Shown here: in pieces, positions 30,132 to 42,600 of the stretch | How the letters are laid out: each line of letters opens with the position of its first letter | Position numbering within the stretch: position 1 is the first letter of the stretch | Assembly (NCBI GenBank): GCA_964016885.1 | Contig: OZ024746.1 | Location: 51,584,001-51,648,000 of the forward strand | DNA: 64,000 nt | DNA from: Eledone cirrhosa | Lineage: Eukaryota | Direction of reading: 5' to 3' | Made by a program: the position numbers and the translations under genes | The notes under the pieces: model-generated | The model's database searches: none | What the model was told of the DNA's origin: nothing | Seen by the model: only the letters and a program-made list of their open reading frames with translations

Positions 30132-30303
30132 ATGTTGTTCACAGCCCTGCGAGATTCTGACTGCAACGTCAACTGTACAAATATCAGAAGGAAGACGTTA
30201 TGTGCATCGGATGGTTTATCTTATCAAACCCGTTGTGATCTTCAGCGGGCTCTGCAATGTAAAAACTGGACCGTTGGTGGTGACCACAGACGACCATGCC
30301 CAA
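30132..30303 (+). CDS. SMOC: Internal exon encoding a Kazal/follistatin-like domain, SMOC (SPARC-related modular calcium-binding protein)-like
   Basis: Pyrimidine tract plus AG acceptor (tttgtctttgtag) at 30131 and donor GTAAGC at 30304; 172 nt, phase 0 to 1. Translation MLFTALRDSDCNVNCTNIRRKTLCASDGLSYQTRCDLQRALQCKNWTVGGDHRRPCP has the C-x3-C-x8-CASDG-x-SY-x3-C-x2-QRA...C...C pattern of the SMOC Kazal domain. Gene identity is from family recall, not a search. Confidence 0.8.
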
Positions 30304-30512
30304 GTAAGCAAATTGCAACGGAATTTATACTCTTTTACACTTTTACTGTTTTTAGTCACTTGATTGCGGCCATACTAGGGCATCTCTTTTTCAGAGATCT
30401 AGTTGATCATATTGATCACAATACTTTGTTTTTTTTTTTGAAGTTTCGTACTTATGTTATCGATTTTTGTGTCAAACCATTAAGTTATGGGTTATAAACA
30501 AACAGCAAATGT

Positions 30513-30628
<116 letters not shown>

Positions 30629-30691
30629 TTATAAATTAATAAATACAATGAAGTAAAAACAAAAAACAAGTTCCTTATATTAAAAAAATTC

Positions 30692-30819
30692 ATCATTTTA
30701 CAATCGTTTCTGGGATGTATATGTGTGTAGGCATGTATATCATATAGATCTATGCAAAACTATTACAAATTATCAGAGGAAATATACATACCTTCACATA
30801 TACATGCCGTCCTCAGAAA

Positions 30820-30823
<4 letters not shown>
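30692..30823 (-). ncRNA. Type I hammerhead ribozyme with long stem II
   Basis: aucauuu-CUGAGGA-long hairpin-GAAA-cgauug-UA-aaaugau; homologous to the pLTR hammerheads at 59360 and 63209. Confidence 0.75.
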
Positions 30824-30885
<62 letters not shown>

Positions 30886-30918
30886 AAATAAGATGGTGAG
30901 GTTACATATATCGTTTAA

Positions 30919-31006
30919 TCATAATAATTATTTCTACGGTTCCCCATGCAATCGAGATGTCCTTCATGCATTTGCTGTTGATTATTAGAACGGTTTCCTC
31001 AGATGA
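30919..31006 (-). ncRNA. Hammerhead ribozyme-like motif
   Basis: ucau-CUGAGGA-...-GAAA-uaauua-UU-auga; stem II weak. Confidence 0.5.
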
Positions 31007-32013
31007 AGATCGATATATTTGATATGCCGCTGCAGGAAAACACACACCCTAATGCCTCTGCGCCCAGCATACATATGTGTATACTCTAGTGTATATCTAT
31101 GTTTATATCTACGTTTATATATACTCTTTTACTCTTTTACCTGTTTCAGCCATCCGGCTGAGGCCATGCTGGGGCACCATATATATATAAACGTAGATAT
31201 AAACATAGATATACACTAGAGTTTTCATCTATAATAGAAGACACTTGCCCAAGGGATCTGTATCAGATAACTATAATGATAACCTCACAAACCTAATACT
31301 GGCCAATATTGATCACTTTATATTTCTGCCAAACATATATAGTATAGTGGGGTATATTTTTCGAAAAATATAATAGGCGTCCTTCGGTTAGATCAGATCA
31401 TGAATGTGCACCTAGAAATAACTTTTCAAAGCGTAAGCCTGGCAAGGACTTTTGTGGAAGATCAACTAATTTCCTCTCTCTATGCCATCGACGGTTTCCA
31501 AGAGAAAGGCAGAAGAACGATTCCTACTTTCCTGGACAGGGCACCACTCCGTCACAAAGTTAACATTTCTTCAGCTGAGTGGACGGGGACAACGTGAAAT
31601 AGAGTGTTTTGCTGAAGAACACAAAGCCCTAAGCATAAAACCGTGCGTCTTTCATTAATATAAATAATATATTGATACAGGCGCGTCAACCTCTGTAGTG
31701 CTGGCCCCACGTAAAAGTGCTCCGAATACACTCTGTGGAGTCGTAGAAAACATGCCTAACAAAGGTCTGAGAGGACTCTTCAGCTGTATCAAGGACACGA
31801 AAACCTCCCTAGTGCTGGTGCTACCATAAAATGTACACAGTAGCCAGTAAACTATGTGAAATGGTTGGTGGTAGAAAAGGCATCCAGCGAAAAAAAAAGA
31901 AAAGACTAAGGGAAAACTGGAATGTGAGTCAGTCGGTGAGAGAATGATAAGTACTGAGTCGGTCGGTAATGACCTATCAAACCCACGTCAACATGGACAT
32001 TTTTTTGTTAAAT

Positions 32014-32205
32014 AATTGTTTCTACTTTTGGCACAAGGCCAGCAATTACCCCCCGTGCATTACTGGTACTTTATTTTATCAACCCTGTAAAGATGAAAGG
32101 CAAAGTTAACCTCGGCGGGATTTGAACTCAGAAAATAAAAGGCCATAACTCTATGTTACAAAGCATGTTGTCTGACGCTCTACCGATACTGCCAATCCAC
32201 CACCC
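32014..32205 (-). mobile_element. tRNA-derived SINE, main family
   Basis: TSD tttttttgttaaataat on both sides. Confidence 0.88.
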
Positions 32206-33122
32206 TTTTTTTGTTAAATAATGATGGTGATGATGATATCAGCATCGATCGAACACTTTAATGTTGAATGCATGCATGCCCTCGTGCACTGCAAGCAGCG
32301 CGTTAAGCCGGTGCTTATCCCGGTTTTTATGGTGTGAAGCGACTGAGAGTACAAGACTTCCCCTGGACAGGTCGCCAGTCCATCGCACGGTTAAACCCAC
32401 AGCTATTGTTGGTACTCATTTTCAGCTGAGTACACTGCAGCAACGTGAAATGAAGTGTTTTGCTCAAGAACACAACACGCAACTCAGCCAAGGTACCGAA
32501 CCTACGACATTACGATCGTAAGTCCAACACCCTTACCACTAGTCCACGTGCCTTCACATAGTGAAGGCAGTGAATGCTGAATGCGATGAGTGCAATTGCA
32601 TATTTATCATTAGTATACTTTTGCTAAGCGATGAAATTCTGTCATCCACCCACCCTCCTCGGCAGCTTAAACTCTTCCAACAAAACAAAATAGACTTGTC
32701 AGTCTTATTCTTTTTGCCTCGTTGATGAGTGTACGTTTACAGGGAACCTGAGATCTTGTGATACATGTACATTGAGCGTATATCTTACCTGTACATCAGG
32801 GATTGTTAAATATACATGTATATGTGTGTGTGTGTACATATATAGGGTGAAATCAAAGATTCTGCGCTTAAACGTTTAATCTTCTCAAATAATATATATA
32901 TATATATATATCGTAAGCTCGTGTATGTATATATATATATATAAGGAATTGTGGTAAGAAACCAGATGGACCATAACGCACCAAAGTACTCAATACTTAG
33001 GGTAGTAGAGTGGGTAATAGGAACAAGTATGACCCCGATAATAGAGCTCAAGCCGTTTCGACGGCTATTTCTGGACTCCAGAAATAGCCGTCATACTTGT
33101 TCCTATATATATATATATAATA

Positions 33123-34802
33123 TAAGATCAAAAGATGGTTAAAGGAGTTCCATATATTTTATTATGCGCATTTCAAAAACAAACATCATCAAGCAATAAT
33201 ATTTGTGTTTTCATCAGATAAAACAGGAGAACATGATATGAAGGCTAAAAAACACTTGTTGATAGTGCAGTTTTAAATCAACATATGAAAAGTGGTTTTA
33301 GATTGATGTGTGATATTGGGAAAAATATTTTATTTAGAGAGGGGGGGGAAAGGATGAAAAGGGAAGGAGATGAGAGGGAGAGATGGGTGATAGAGAGAAA
33401 GAGATAGTTTTTATAACTGAGAGGAGATATATTTTTTACATAGAGGGGTTGAAAACCGTTGGAAGATACTGTATAAATTAAAAATTTTGAAAATTAACGA
33501 AGGGAGGATATGTGCGAGGAAAAAATATTTTATTTAGGGAGGGGGGGGGGGAGGATGAAAAAAGGGGGGAGGAGATGAGAGTGAAGGTGGGGAGGGAGAG
33601 ATGGGTGATAGAGAGAAAGAGATAGTTTTTATAACTGAGAAAAAGATATATTGTTTTAATATAGAGAGGTTGGGAACCGTTGGAAGATAATGTATAAATT
33701 AAAGGAATTTGAAAATTAACGAAGGGAAATTATGTATGAAGATAGAGAGAAAAAAATAATAATTGTGGGTGAATATTCTAACGTCAAAAGAAGAAATGTA
33801 TGTATTGTGGCAATTTCAAAATTAGCGAAGAAAAAAGTTGTTATGGTTTGTGTGTAGAAGGATTTGAGAAAAATAATGTGAAGTTAAAGTTTGTATATTG
33901 AATAGATATGTATTAATAATGAGTTCGTTGATGGGGAGAAAAAAATAATAATAAATTAAGGATGAAATTGAGATTAAAAAGATTTATGATAGAGAGAAAA
34001 AATAATAATGATTGCGGATGAATATTCAAAATGTCAAAAACAAATGTTATTATTTTACGAGAAGATAGAATGGGGGTAATGAGTAAACGAGTATTATAGA
34101 GTGTATAATGCCCTTTAAAGTAAGGTAAGGTAGATGGGTATATTTTAAAGAGGTGTATGTATATGTGCCTTTGAGAAAAGATTCTAAATTGATAAAGAAT
34201 TGAATATTAACTGTATACTTTGTGAAAAGTTCTATGGAATTTATGCAGGCAGATAGAAAACAAATCTGAGCGTCTATTTATTATAGATTCTAGGTTAGAG
34301 ATAATGGTAAATTTTTCATTTAGGCAGAGATTACAGATTTTAGATAGAGAGCTGTTCAAGTATGAGGATGCAGAAGAAATCTTTTTCCAAAAGATGTTAT
34401 ATTTAATGTTTTTGTCTTTTAAGGACCATATGAGTTCTGAGAGAGCAGTGTTAGTTCTTTTAAGTTTGTATTTGAAAGATGAATGATGATTATAGAGACG
34501 AGCTTTAAAAGAGGTGGAAGTGGAGCCAAAATAGGTGAAGGAATTGGTGCTAGTTATAATTTTACATTCATAAATTAAGTTTTTATCGAGGCAATGGTTG
34601 TTGAGAGGACATTTATTTTTGATGCGGCAGTTGCAATTAGAGAGATTATTTATGAGTGATCTAGTGTTATCTATAGAAGGAATTGGATTGGAGAAGTTGT
34701 TTGCGATAGGAATAATAGTTTCTTGATTTAGAGTTGGATTATGAACATTTAGCGAAGTTGTGTTTGACGTTGTATTTGGGTTTACAGAAGTTAGCCTAGG
34801 GT
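33123..34802 (-). mobile_element. 5'-truncated Naiad-type PLE (GIY-YIG end plus 3' UTR), second family
   Basis: ORF 34207-34800: CNCRIKNKCPLNNHCL, LIY...YFGSTSTSFKARLYNH, TALSELIWSLK, CNLCLNEK, INRRSDLFSICLH. Hammerhead at 33157-33223; (TA)n at both ends. Confidence 0.9.
33157..33223 (-). ncRNA. Minimal type I hammerhead ribozyme
   Basis: Third copy of the ugcgca family, core intact. Confidence 0.78.
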
Positions 34803-34814
34803 TATATATATATA

Positions 34815-34849
<35 letters not shown>

Positions 34850-34856
<7 letters not shown>

Positions 34857-35710
34857 ATACATTAACAGAGAAAGCTTTAAGCAATACTCCGACCGGCTTC
34901 CGTCTCACTCAACAAACATTAGGATATACCTTAGTATAATCCCAATTTTACGTTTGGGGTGCTAACTATACGTATTTTGCGGATAGCCAGTTGTATTATT
35001 TTATATGAGACATAATTAAAATACATCTCTCTTTCCAAACGATCGTTTCATTATAAGTTTTCTACAAATTGGGAAAATAATGTCCAGGTTATGTAGAAGC
35101 CTACACATAGTCCGGAGGAATATATGTAGGTGGGCACTTATAAATCATCAGTGGATGCCCGACAAATATCGATATAAAATAAAACCCTTACCGATATTAA
35201 TGTTCAGCGATGGTATCCTTCCGTGCTAGAATGACCGCCAAATTTGAAATTCCAGCAGTCTCACAATGAGAAATCTCACACTGCCATCAAGCGGAAAGGG
35301 GAGGTCATCGCAAAACATAAAAGAATAAAATAATATGCACGCGGGTCAATTAATTCTTTTAATTTTAACCTTGCGTGTGAAGAACTCAATTGGATATAAA
35401 AAAATAAATATATGCATGTATTATTTATACACGCATATAGGTATTTTCTTAGGTTAAAAACAGAGATAAGATATCGGAAAAACAATCAATATTTCATACA
35501 AAGAATAAATACGGTAAGTCATACCTAAAAAGTATATGGAAATATTCATCCCTGGCCAAATCAAGAGTATAATATTTAATACATTAACAGAGAAAGCTTT
35601 AAGCAATACTCCGACCGGCTTCCGTCTCACTCAACAAACATTAGGATATACCTTAGTATAATCCCAATTTTACGTTTGGGGTGCTAACTATACGTATTTT
35701 GCGGATAGCT
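34850..35710 (-). mobile_element. Partial-tandem PLE 3' end (direct repeats 34850-34988 and 35571-35709)
   Basis: Identical ~140-bp repeats, hammerhead at 35034-35155, tail hairpin, (TA)n flanks. Confidence 0.75.
35034..35155 (-). ncRNA. Type I hammerhead ribozyme with long stem II
   Basis: ucca-CUGAUGA-uuuauaag...cuuauaau-GAAA-cgaucg-UU-ugga. Confidence 0.72.
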
Positions 35711-35729
35711 ATATATATATATATATATA

Positions 35730-36058
35730 TAGTGTACCCCGGCATTCGCGGTCCTGGTTATTCGCCGAATTTTCCTTAGAACTTAACTAATAATTGTTCG
35801 TGGAAACCACCCCATATTCGCAGAATCGTAAATCTCTCTTCCTCGACATTTTTAATGCCTTTTTTCGTGGTAATATATCTTTAAACGCTAAATTATTAAT
35901 AACAAAATACCATATTTGCCGGCCTATTGGACACCCCTCTTTTTATTATATTTTACCTTATATTTTGATGTTTATAGGCATAACCACAATATTCGCGATT
36001 TTTCACTCTTCGCCGGTGTTCTAGGAACGTAACCCCAACGAATACCGAGGGACAACTG
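35730..36058. mobile_element. Tigger/pogo-like MITE
   Basis: Imperfect TIRs, right end gaataccgagggacaactg|ta. Partial copy at 28733-28896. Confidence 0.6.
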
Positions 36059-36189
36059 TATATATATATAATATATATCATATATATCGACAAGCTTATA
36101 GATGAAGTTAGTTCAAAATATAGCCTTTAATTATCATTGCTTTTGTAATAGTGTTTTTATTGCTTATTATTGCTTATTATTGCTGTTGT

Positions 36190-36600
36190 TGGACACCATG
36201 CTTTGCAGCATAGAATTACGTCCCTTTACGGTCTGAGTTCAAATCCCGCCGAGATTAACTTTGCCTTTCATCCTTACGGGGTCGAAAAAAAAAAGCACCA
36301 GTAATGCACTGAGGTGATTTAATCGACTTTCCTCTCTCCTTCAAATTACTGACCTTGTCCCTATACGAGAAAGCATTATTGTTGTTGTTGTTGTTGGCAA
36401 TGCTATTGTTGTTGTTGTTACTGCAGTTGTTGATTTTTTTACTGTTGTTATCCTGGATTGGCAGATGCCGTGCTTTTCAGCATAGAGCTACCTCCCTTTA
36501 CGTTCTGAGTAACCTGCCAAGGTTAACATTGCTTTTCATCCTTACGGGGTCGATAAAATAAAGTACCAATAATACACTGTTATAATTACTGGCCTTGTGC
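36190..36600 (+). mobile_element. Two SINE copies leading into the GTT satellite
   Basis: Copies at 36190-36378 and 36454-36600, with (TTG)n tails. Confidence 0.78.
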
Positions 36601-36629
36601 CTGATGCTATTGATGTTAATATATTCCTC

Positions 36630-39600
36630 TCGTTGTTGTTGTTACTGTTTGTTGTTGTTACTGTTTGTTGTTGTTGTTAATGTTGCTTGTTGTTCTTACT
36701 GTTTGTTGTTGTTACTGTTGGTTGTTGTTACTATTAGTTGTTGTTACTGTTTGTTGTTGTTGTTACTGTTTGTTGTTGTTACTGTTTGTTGTTGTTGTTG
36801 CTTGTTGTTGTTACTGTTTGTTGTTGTTGTTACCGTTGGTTGTTGTTGTTACTGTTTGTTGTTCTGTTACTGTTGGTTGTTGTTACTGTTGGTTGTTGTT
36901 ACTATTAGTTGTTGTTGGTACTGTTTGTTGTTGTTACTGTTTGTTGTTGTTACTGTTTGTTGTTGTTACTGTTTGTTGTTCTGTTACTGTTGGTTGTTGT
37001 TGTTACTGTTGTTATTGTTGTTACTGTTGGTTGTTGTTGTTACTGTTTGTTGTTGTTGTTACTGTTGGTTGTTGTTGTTACTGTTGGTTGTTGTTGTTAC
37101 TCTTGGTTGTTCTGTTACTGTTTGGTGTTGTTGTTACTGTTTGTTGTTGTTACTGTTTGTTGTTGCTGTTACTGTTGGTTGTTGCTGTTACTGTTGGTTG
37201 TTGCTGTTACTGTTGGTTGTTGCTGTTACTGTTTGTTGTTGCTGTTACTGTTTGTTGTTGTTGTTACTGTTTGTTGTTGTTCTAACTGTTTGTTGTTGTT
37301 GTTACTGTTTGTTTTTGTTACTGTTGGTTGTTGTTGTTACTGTTTGTTGTTGTTACTGTTTGTTGTTGCTGTTACTGTGTGTTGTTGTTGTTACTGTTTG
37401 TTATTGCTGTTACTGTTTGTTGTTTTTACTGTTTGTTGTTGTTGTTACTGTTTGTTGTTGCTGTTACTGTTAGTTGTTGTTGTTACTGTTTGTTGTTGTA
37501 TTTACTGTTTGCTGTTGTTACTGTTTGTTGTTGTTGTTACTGTTTGTTGTTGTTACTGTTTGTTGTTTCTGTTACTGTGTGTTGTTGTTGTTACTGTTTG
37601 CTATTGCTGTTACTGTTTGTTCTTGTTGTTACTGTTTGTTGTTGTTGTTACTGTTGCTTGTTGTTGTTAATGTTTGTTATTGCTGTTACTGTTTGTTCTT
37701 GTTGTTACTGTTTGTTGTTGTTACTGTTGCTTGTTGTTGTTACTGTTTGTTGTTGCTGTTACTATTTGTTGTTGTTGTTGTTACTGTTTGTTATTGTTGT
37801 TACTGTTTGTTGTTGTTTTACTTTTTGTTGTTGTTACTGTTTGTTGTTGCTGTTACTGTTTGTTGTTGTTGTTACTGTTTGTTGTTGTAGTTACTGTTTG
37901 TTGTTGTTACAGTTTGTTGTTTCTGTTTGTTGTTGTTGTTACTGTTTGTTGTTGCTGTTACTGTTTGTTGTTATTGTTACATTTTGTTGTTGCTGTTACT
38001 GTTAGTTGTTGTTTTTACTGTTGGTTGTTGTTGTTACTGTTTGTTGTTGTTACTGTTTGTTGTTGTTACTGTTTGTTGTTGTTGTTACTGTTTGTTGTTA
38101 TTGTTACTGTTTGTTGTTGCTGTTACTGTTTGTTGTTATTGTTACATTTTGTTGTTGCTGTTACTGTTAGTTGTTGTTTTTACTGTTGGTTGTTGTTGTT
38201 ACTGTTTGTTGTTGTTACTGTTTGTTGTTGTTACTGTTTGTTGTTGTTGTTACTGTTTGTTGTTATTGTTACTGTTTGTTGTTGCCGTTACTGTTGGTTG
38301 TTGTTGTTCTGTTTGTTATTGTTGTTACTGTTTGTTGTTGCTGTTACTGTTGCTTGTTTTTGTTACTGTTTGGTGTTGCTGTTACTGTTTGTTGTTGTTA
38401 CTGTTTGTTGTTGTTACTGTTGGTTGTTGTTGTTACTGAATGTTGTTGCTGTTACTGTTGGTTGTTGTTGTTACTGTTTGTTGTTGTTGTTACTGTTTGT
38501 TGTTGTTGTTACTGTTTGTTGTTGCTGTTACTGTTGTTTGTTGTTGTTACGGTTTGTTGTTGCTGTTACCTGTTGTTGTTACTGTTTGTTGTTGCTGTTA
38601 CTGTTTGTGGTTGCTGTTACAGTTGCTTGTTGTTGTTACTGTTTGTTTTGTTTGTTGTTGTTACTGTTTGTTGTTGTTGTTACTGTTTGTTGTTGCTGTT
38701 ACTGTTTGTTGTTGTTACTGTTTGATGTTGTTACTGTTTGTTGTTGTTGATACTGTTTGTTGTTGTTGTTACTGTTTGTTGTTGTTACTGTTTGTTGTTG
38801 CTGTTACTGTGTGTTGTTGTTGTTACTGTTTGTTATTGCTGTTACTGTTTGTTGTTTTTACTGATTGTTGTTGTTGTTACTGTTTGTTGTTGCTGTTACT
38901 GTTTGTTGTTGCTGTTACTGTTAGTTGTTGTTGTTACTGTTTGTTGTTGTATTTACTGTTTGTTGTTGTTGCTGTTTGTTGTTGTTGTTACTGTTTGTTG
39001 TTGTTACTGTTTGTTGTTTCTCTTACTGTGTGTTGTTGTTGTTACTGTTTGTTATTGCTGTTACTGTTTGCTATTGTGTGTTACTGTTTGTTCTTGTTGT
39101 TACTGTTTGTTGTTGTTGTTACTGTTGCTTGTTGTTGTTAATGTTTGTTATTGCTGTTACTGTTTGTTCTTGTTGTTACTGTTTGTTGTTGTTACTGTTG
39201 CTTGTTGTTGTTACTGTTTGTTGTTGCTGTTACTATTTGTTGTTGTTGTTGTTACTGTTTGTTATTGTTGTTACTGTTTGTTGTTGTTATACTGTTTGTT
39301 GTTGTTATTACTGTTTGTTGTTGTTGCAGTTTGTTGTTTCTGTTTGTTGTTGTTGTTACTTTTTGTTGTTGCTGTTACTGTTAGTTGTTGTTTTTACTGT
39401 TGGTTGTTGTTGTTACTGTTTGTTGTTGTTGTTACTGTTGGTTGTTGTTGTTACTGTTAGTTGTTGTTGTTACTGTTTGTTGTTCTGTTACTGTTTGGTG
39501 TTGTTGTTACTGTTTGTTGTTTCTGTTACTGTTTGTTGCTGTTACTGTTGCTTGTTCTTGTTACTCTTTGTTGTTGTTGTTACTGTTACTGTGTGTTGTT

Positions 39601-42600
39601 GTTGTTACTGTTTGTTTTTGTTGTTACTGTTTGTTGTTGCTGTTACTATTGGTTGTTGGTGTTACTGTTGGTTGTTGTTGTTACTGTTTGTTGTTGTTAC
39701 TGTTGGTTGTTGTTGTTACTGTTTCTTGTTGTTGTTGTTACTGTTTGTTGTTGCTGTTACTGTTGGTTGTTGTTGTTATTGTTGGTTGTTGTTGTTACTG
39801 TTTGTTGTTGTTGTTACTGTTGGGTGTTGTTATTACTGTTTGTTGTTGTTACTGTTTGTTGTTGTTGTTACTGTTTGTTGTTATTGTTACTGTTTGTTGT
39901 TGCTGTTACTGTTTGTTGTTGTTGTTACTGTTTTTTGTTGCTGTTACTGTTGGTTGTTGTTGTTACTGTTGGTTGTTGTTGTTACTGTTTGTTGTTGTTG
40001 TTACTGTTTGTTGTTGTTTTTACTGTTTGTTGTTGTTACTGTTTGTTGTTACTGTTTGCTGTTACTGTTTGTTGTTGTTGTTATTGTTTGTTGTTGTAGT
40101 TACTGTTTGTTGTTGTTACTTTTTATTGTTGTTACTGTTTGTTGTTGTAGTTACTGTTTATTGTTGTTGTTACTGTTTGTTGTTACAGTTTGTTGTTACT
40201 GTTTGTTGTTGCTGTGACTGTTTGTTGTTGCTGTTACTGTTTGTTGTTGTTGTTGTTACTGTTTGTTGTTGCTGTTACTTTTAGTTGTTGTTGTTACTGT
40301 TGGTTGTTGTTGTTACTGTTTGTTGTTGTTGTTACTGCTGGTTGTTCTTGTTACTGTTTGTTGTTGTTACAGTTTGTTGTTGCTGTTTGTTGTTGTTACA
40401 GTTTGTTGTTACAGTTTGTTGTTGTTGTTACTGTTTGTTGTTGCTGTGACTTTTTGTTGTTGCTGTTACTGTTTGTTGTTGTTGTTACTGTTTGTTGTTG
40501 TTGTTACTGTTTGTTGTTGCTGTTACTTTTAGTTGTTGTTGTTACTGTTGGTTGTTGTTGTTACTGTTTGTTGTTGTTGTTACTGCTGGTTGTTGTTGTT
40601 ACTGTTTGTTTTTGTTTTTACTGTTTCTTGTTGTTACTGTTTGTTGTTGTTGTTACTATTTGTTGTTGTTGTTGTTACTGTTTGTTGTTGTATTTACTGC
40701 TTGTTTTTGTAGTTACTGTTTATTGTTGTTATTACTGTTTGTTGTTGTTACAGTTTGTTGTTTCTGTTTGTTGTTGTTGTTACTGTTTGTTGTTGCTGTT
40801 ACTGTTTGTTGTTGCTGTTACTGTTTGTTGTTGTTGTTACTGTTTGTTGTTCTTGTTACTGTTTGTTGTTGCTGTTACTGTTTGTTGTTGTTGTTACTTT
40901 TTGTTGTTGCTGTTACTGTTAGTTGTTGTTGTTACTGTTGGTTGTTGTTGTTACTGTTTGTTGTTGTTGTTACTGTTGGTTGTTGTTGTTACTGTTAGTT
41001 GTTGTTGTTACTGTCTGTTGTTCTGTTACTGTTTGGTGTTGCTGTTACTGTTTGTTGTTTCTGTTACTGTTTGTTGCTGTTACTGTTGCTTGTTCTTGTT
41101 ACTCTTTGTTGTTGTTGTTACTGTTTGTTGTTGCTGTTACTGTTTGTTGTTGTTGTTACTGTTGGTTGTTGTTGTTACTGTTTGTTGTTGCTGTTACTGT
41201 TGGTTGTTGTTGTTACTGTTAGCTGTTGCTGTTGGTTGTTGTTGTTATTGTTTGTTGTTGTTGTTACTGTTTGTTGTTACTACTGTTTGTTGTTGTTACT
41301 GTTTGTTGTTGTTTACTGTTGGTTGTTGTTGTTACTGTTTGTTGTTCTGTTACTGTTGGTTGTTGTTGTACTGTTGGTTATTGTTGTTACTGTTGGTTGT
41401 TTTTGTTACTGTTGGTTGTTCTGTTATGGTTTGTTGTTGCTGTTACTGTGTGTTGTTGTTACTGTTTGTTTTTGTTGTTACTGTTTGTTGTTGCTGTTAC
41501 TATTGGTTGTTGGTGTTACTGTTGGTTGTTGTTACTGTTTGTTGTTGTTGTTACTGTTTGTTGTTATTGTTACTGTTTGTTGTTGCTGTTACTGTTTGTT
41601 GTTGTTGTTACTGTTGGTTGTTGTTGTTACTGTTTGTTGTTGTTGTTACTGTTTGTTGTTGTTTTTACTGTTTGTTGTTGTTACTGTTTGTTGTTACTGT
41701 TTGTTGTTGCTGTTACTGTTTGTTGTTGTTGTTATTGTTTGTTGTTGTAGTTACTGTTTGTTGTTGTTACTTTTTATTGTTGTTACTGTTTGTTGTTTTA
41801 GTTACTGTTTATTGTTGTTGTAACTGTTTGTTGTTACAGTTTGTTGTTACTGTTTGTTGTTGCTGTGACTGTTTGTTGTTGCTGTTACTGTTTGTTTTTG
41901 TTGTTGTTACTGTTTGTTGTTGCTGTTACTTTTAGTTGTTGTTGTTACTGTTGGTTGTTGTTGTTACTGTTTGTTGTTGTTGTTGTTACTGCTGGTTGTT
42001 GTTGTTACTGTTTGTTGTTGTTACAGTTTGTTGTTGCTGTTTGTTGTTGTTACAGTTTGTTGTTACTGTTTGTTGTTGTTGTTACTGTTTGTTGTTGCTG
42101 TGACTGTTTGTTTTTGCTGTTACTGTTTGTTGTTGTTATTACTGTTTGTTGTTGTTGTTACTGTTTGTTGTTGCTGTTACTTTTAGTTGTTGTTGTTACT
42201 GTTGGTTGTTGTTGTTGTTACTGTTTGTTGTTGTTGTTACTGCTGGTTGTTGTTGTTACTGTTTGTTTTTGTTTTTACTGTTTCTTGTTACTGTTTGTTG
42301 TTGTTACTGTTTGTTGTTGTTGTTGTTACTGTTTGTTGTTGTTACTGTTTGTTGTTGCTGTTACTCTTTGTTGTTGTTACTGTTTGTTGTTGTTGTTACT
42401 GTTTGTCGTTGCTGTTACTGTTGGTTGTTGTTGTTATGTTTGTTGTTGCTGTTGCTGTTGGTTGTTGTTGTTACTGTTTGTTGTTGCTGTTACTGTTTGT
42501 TGTTGTTGTTACTGTTTGTTGTTGTTGTTACTGTTTGTTGTTGTTTTGTTTGTTGTTGTTACTGTTTGTTGTTGTTGTTACTGTTTGTTGTTGTTGTTAC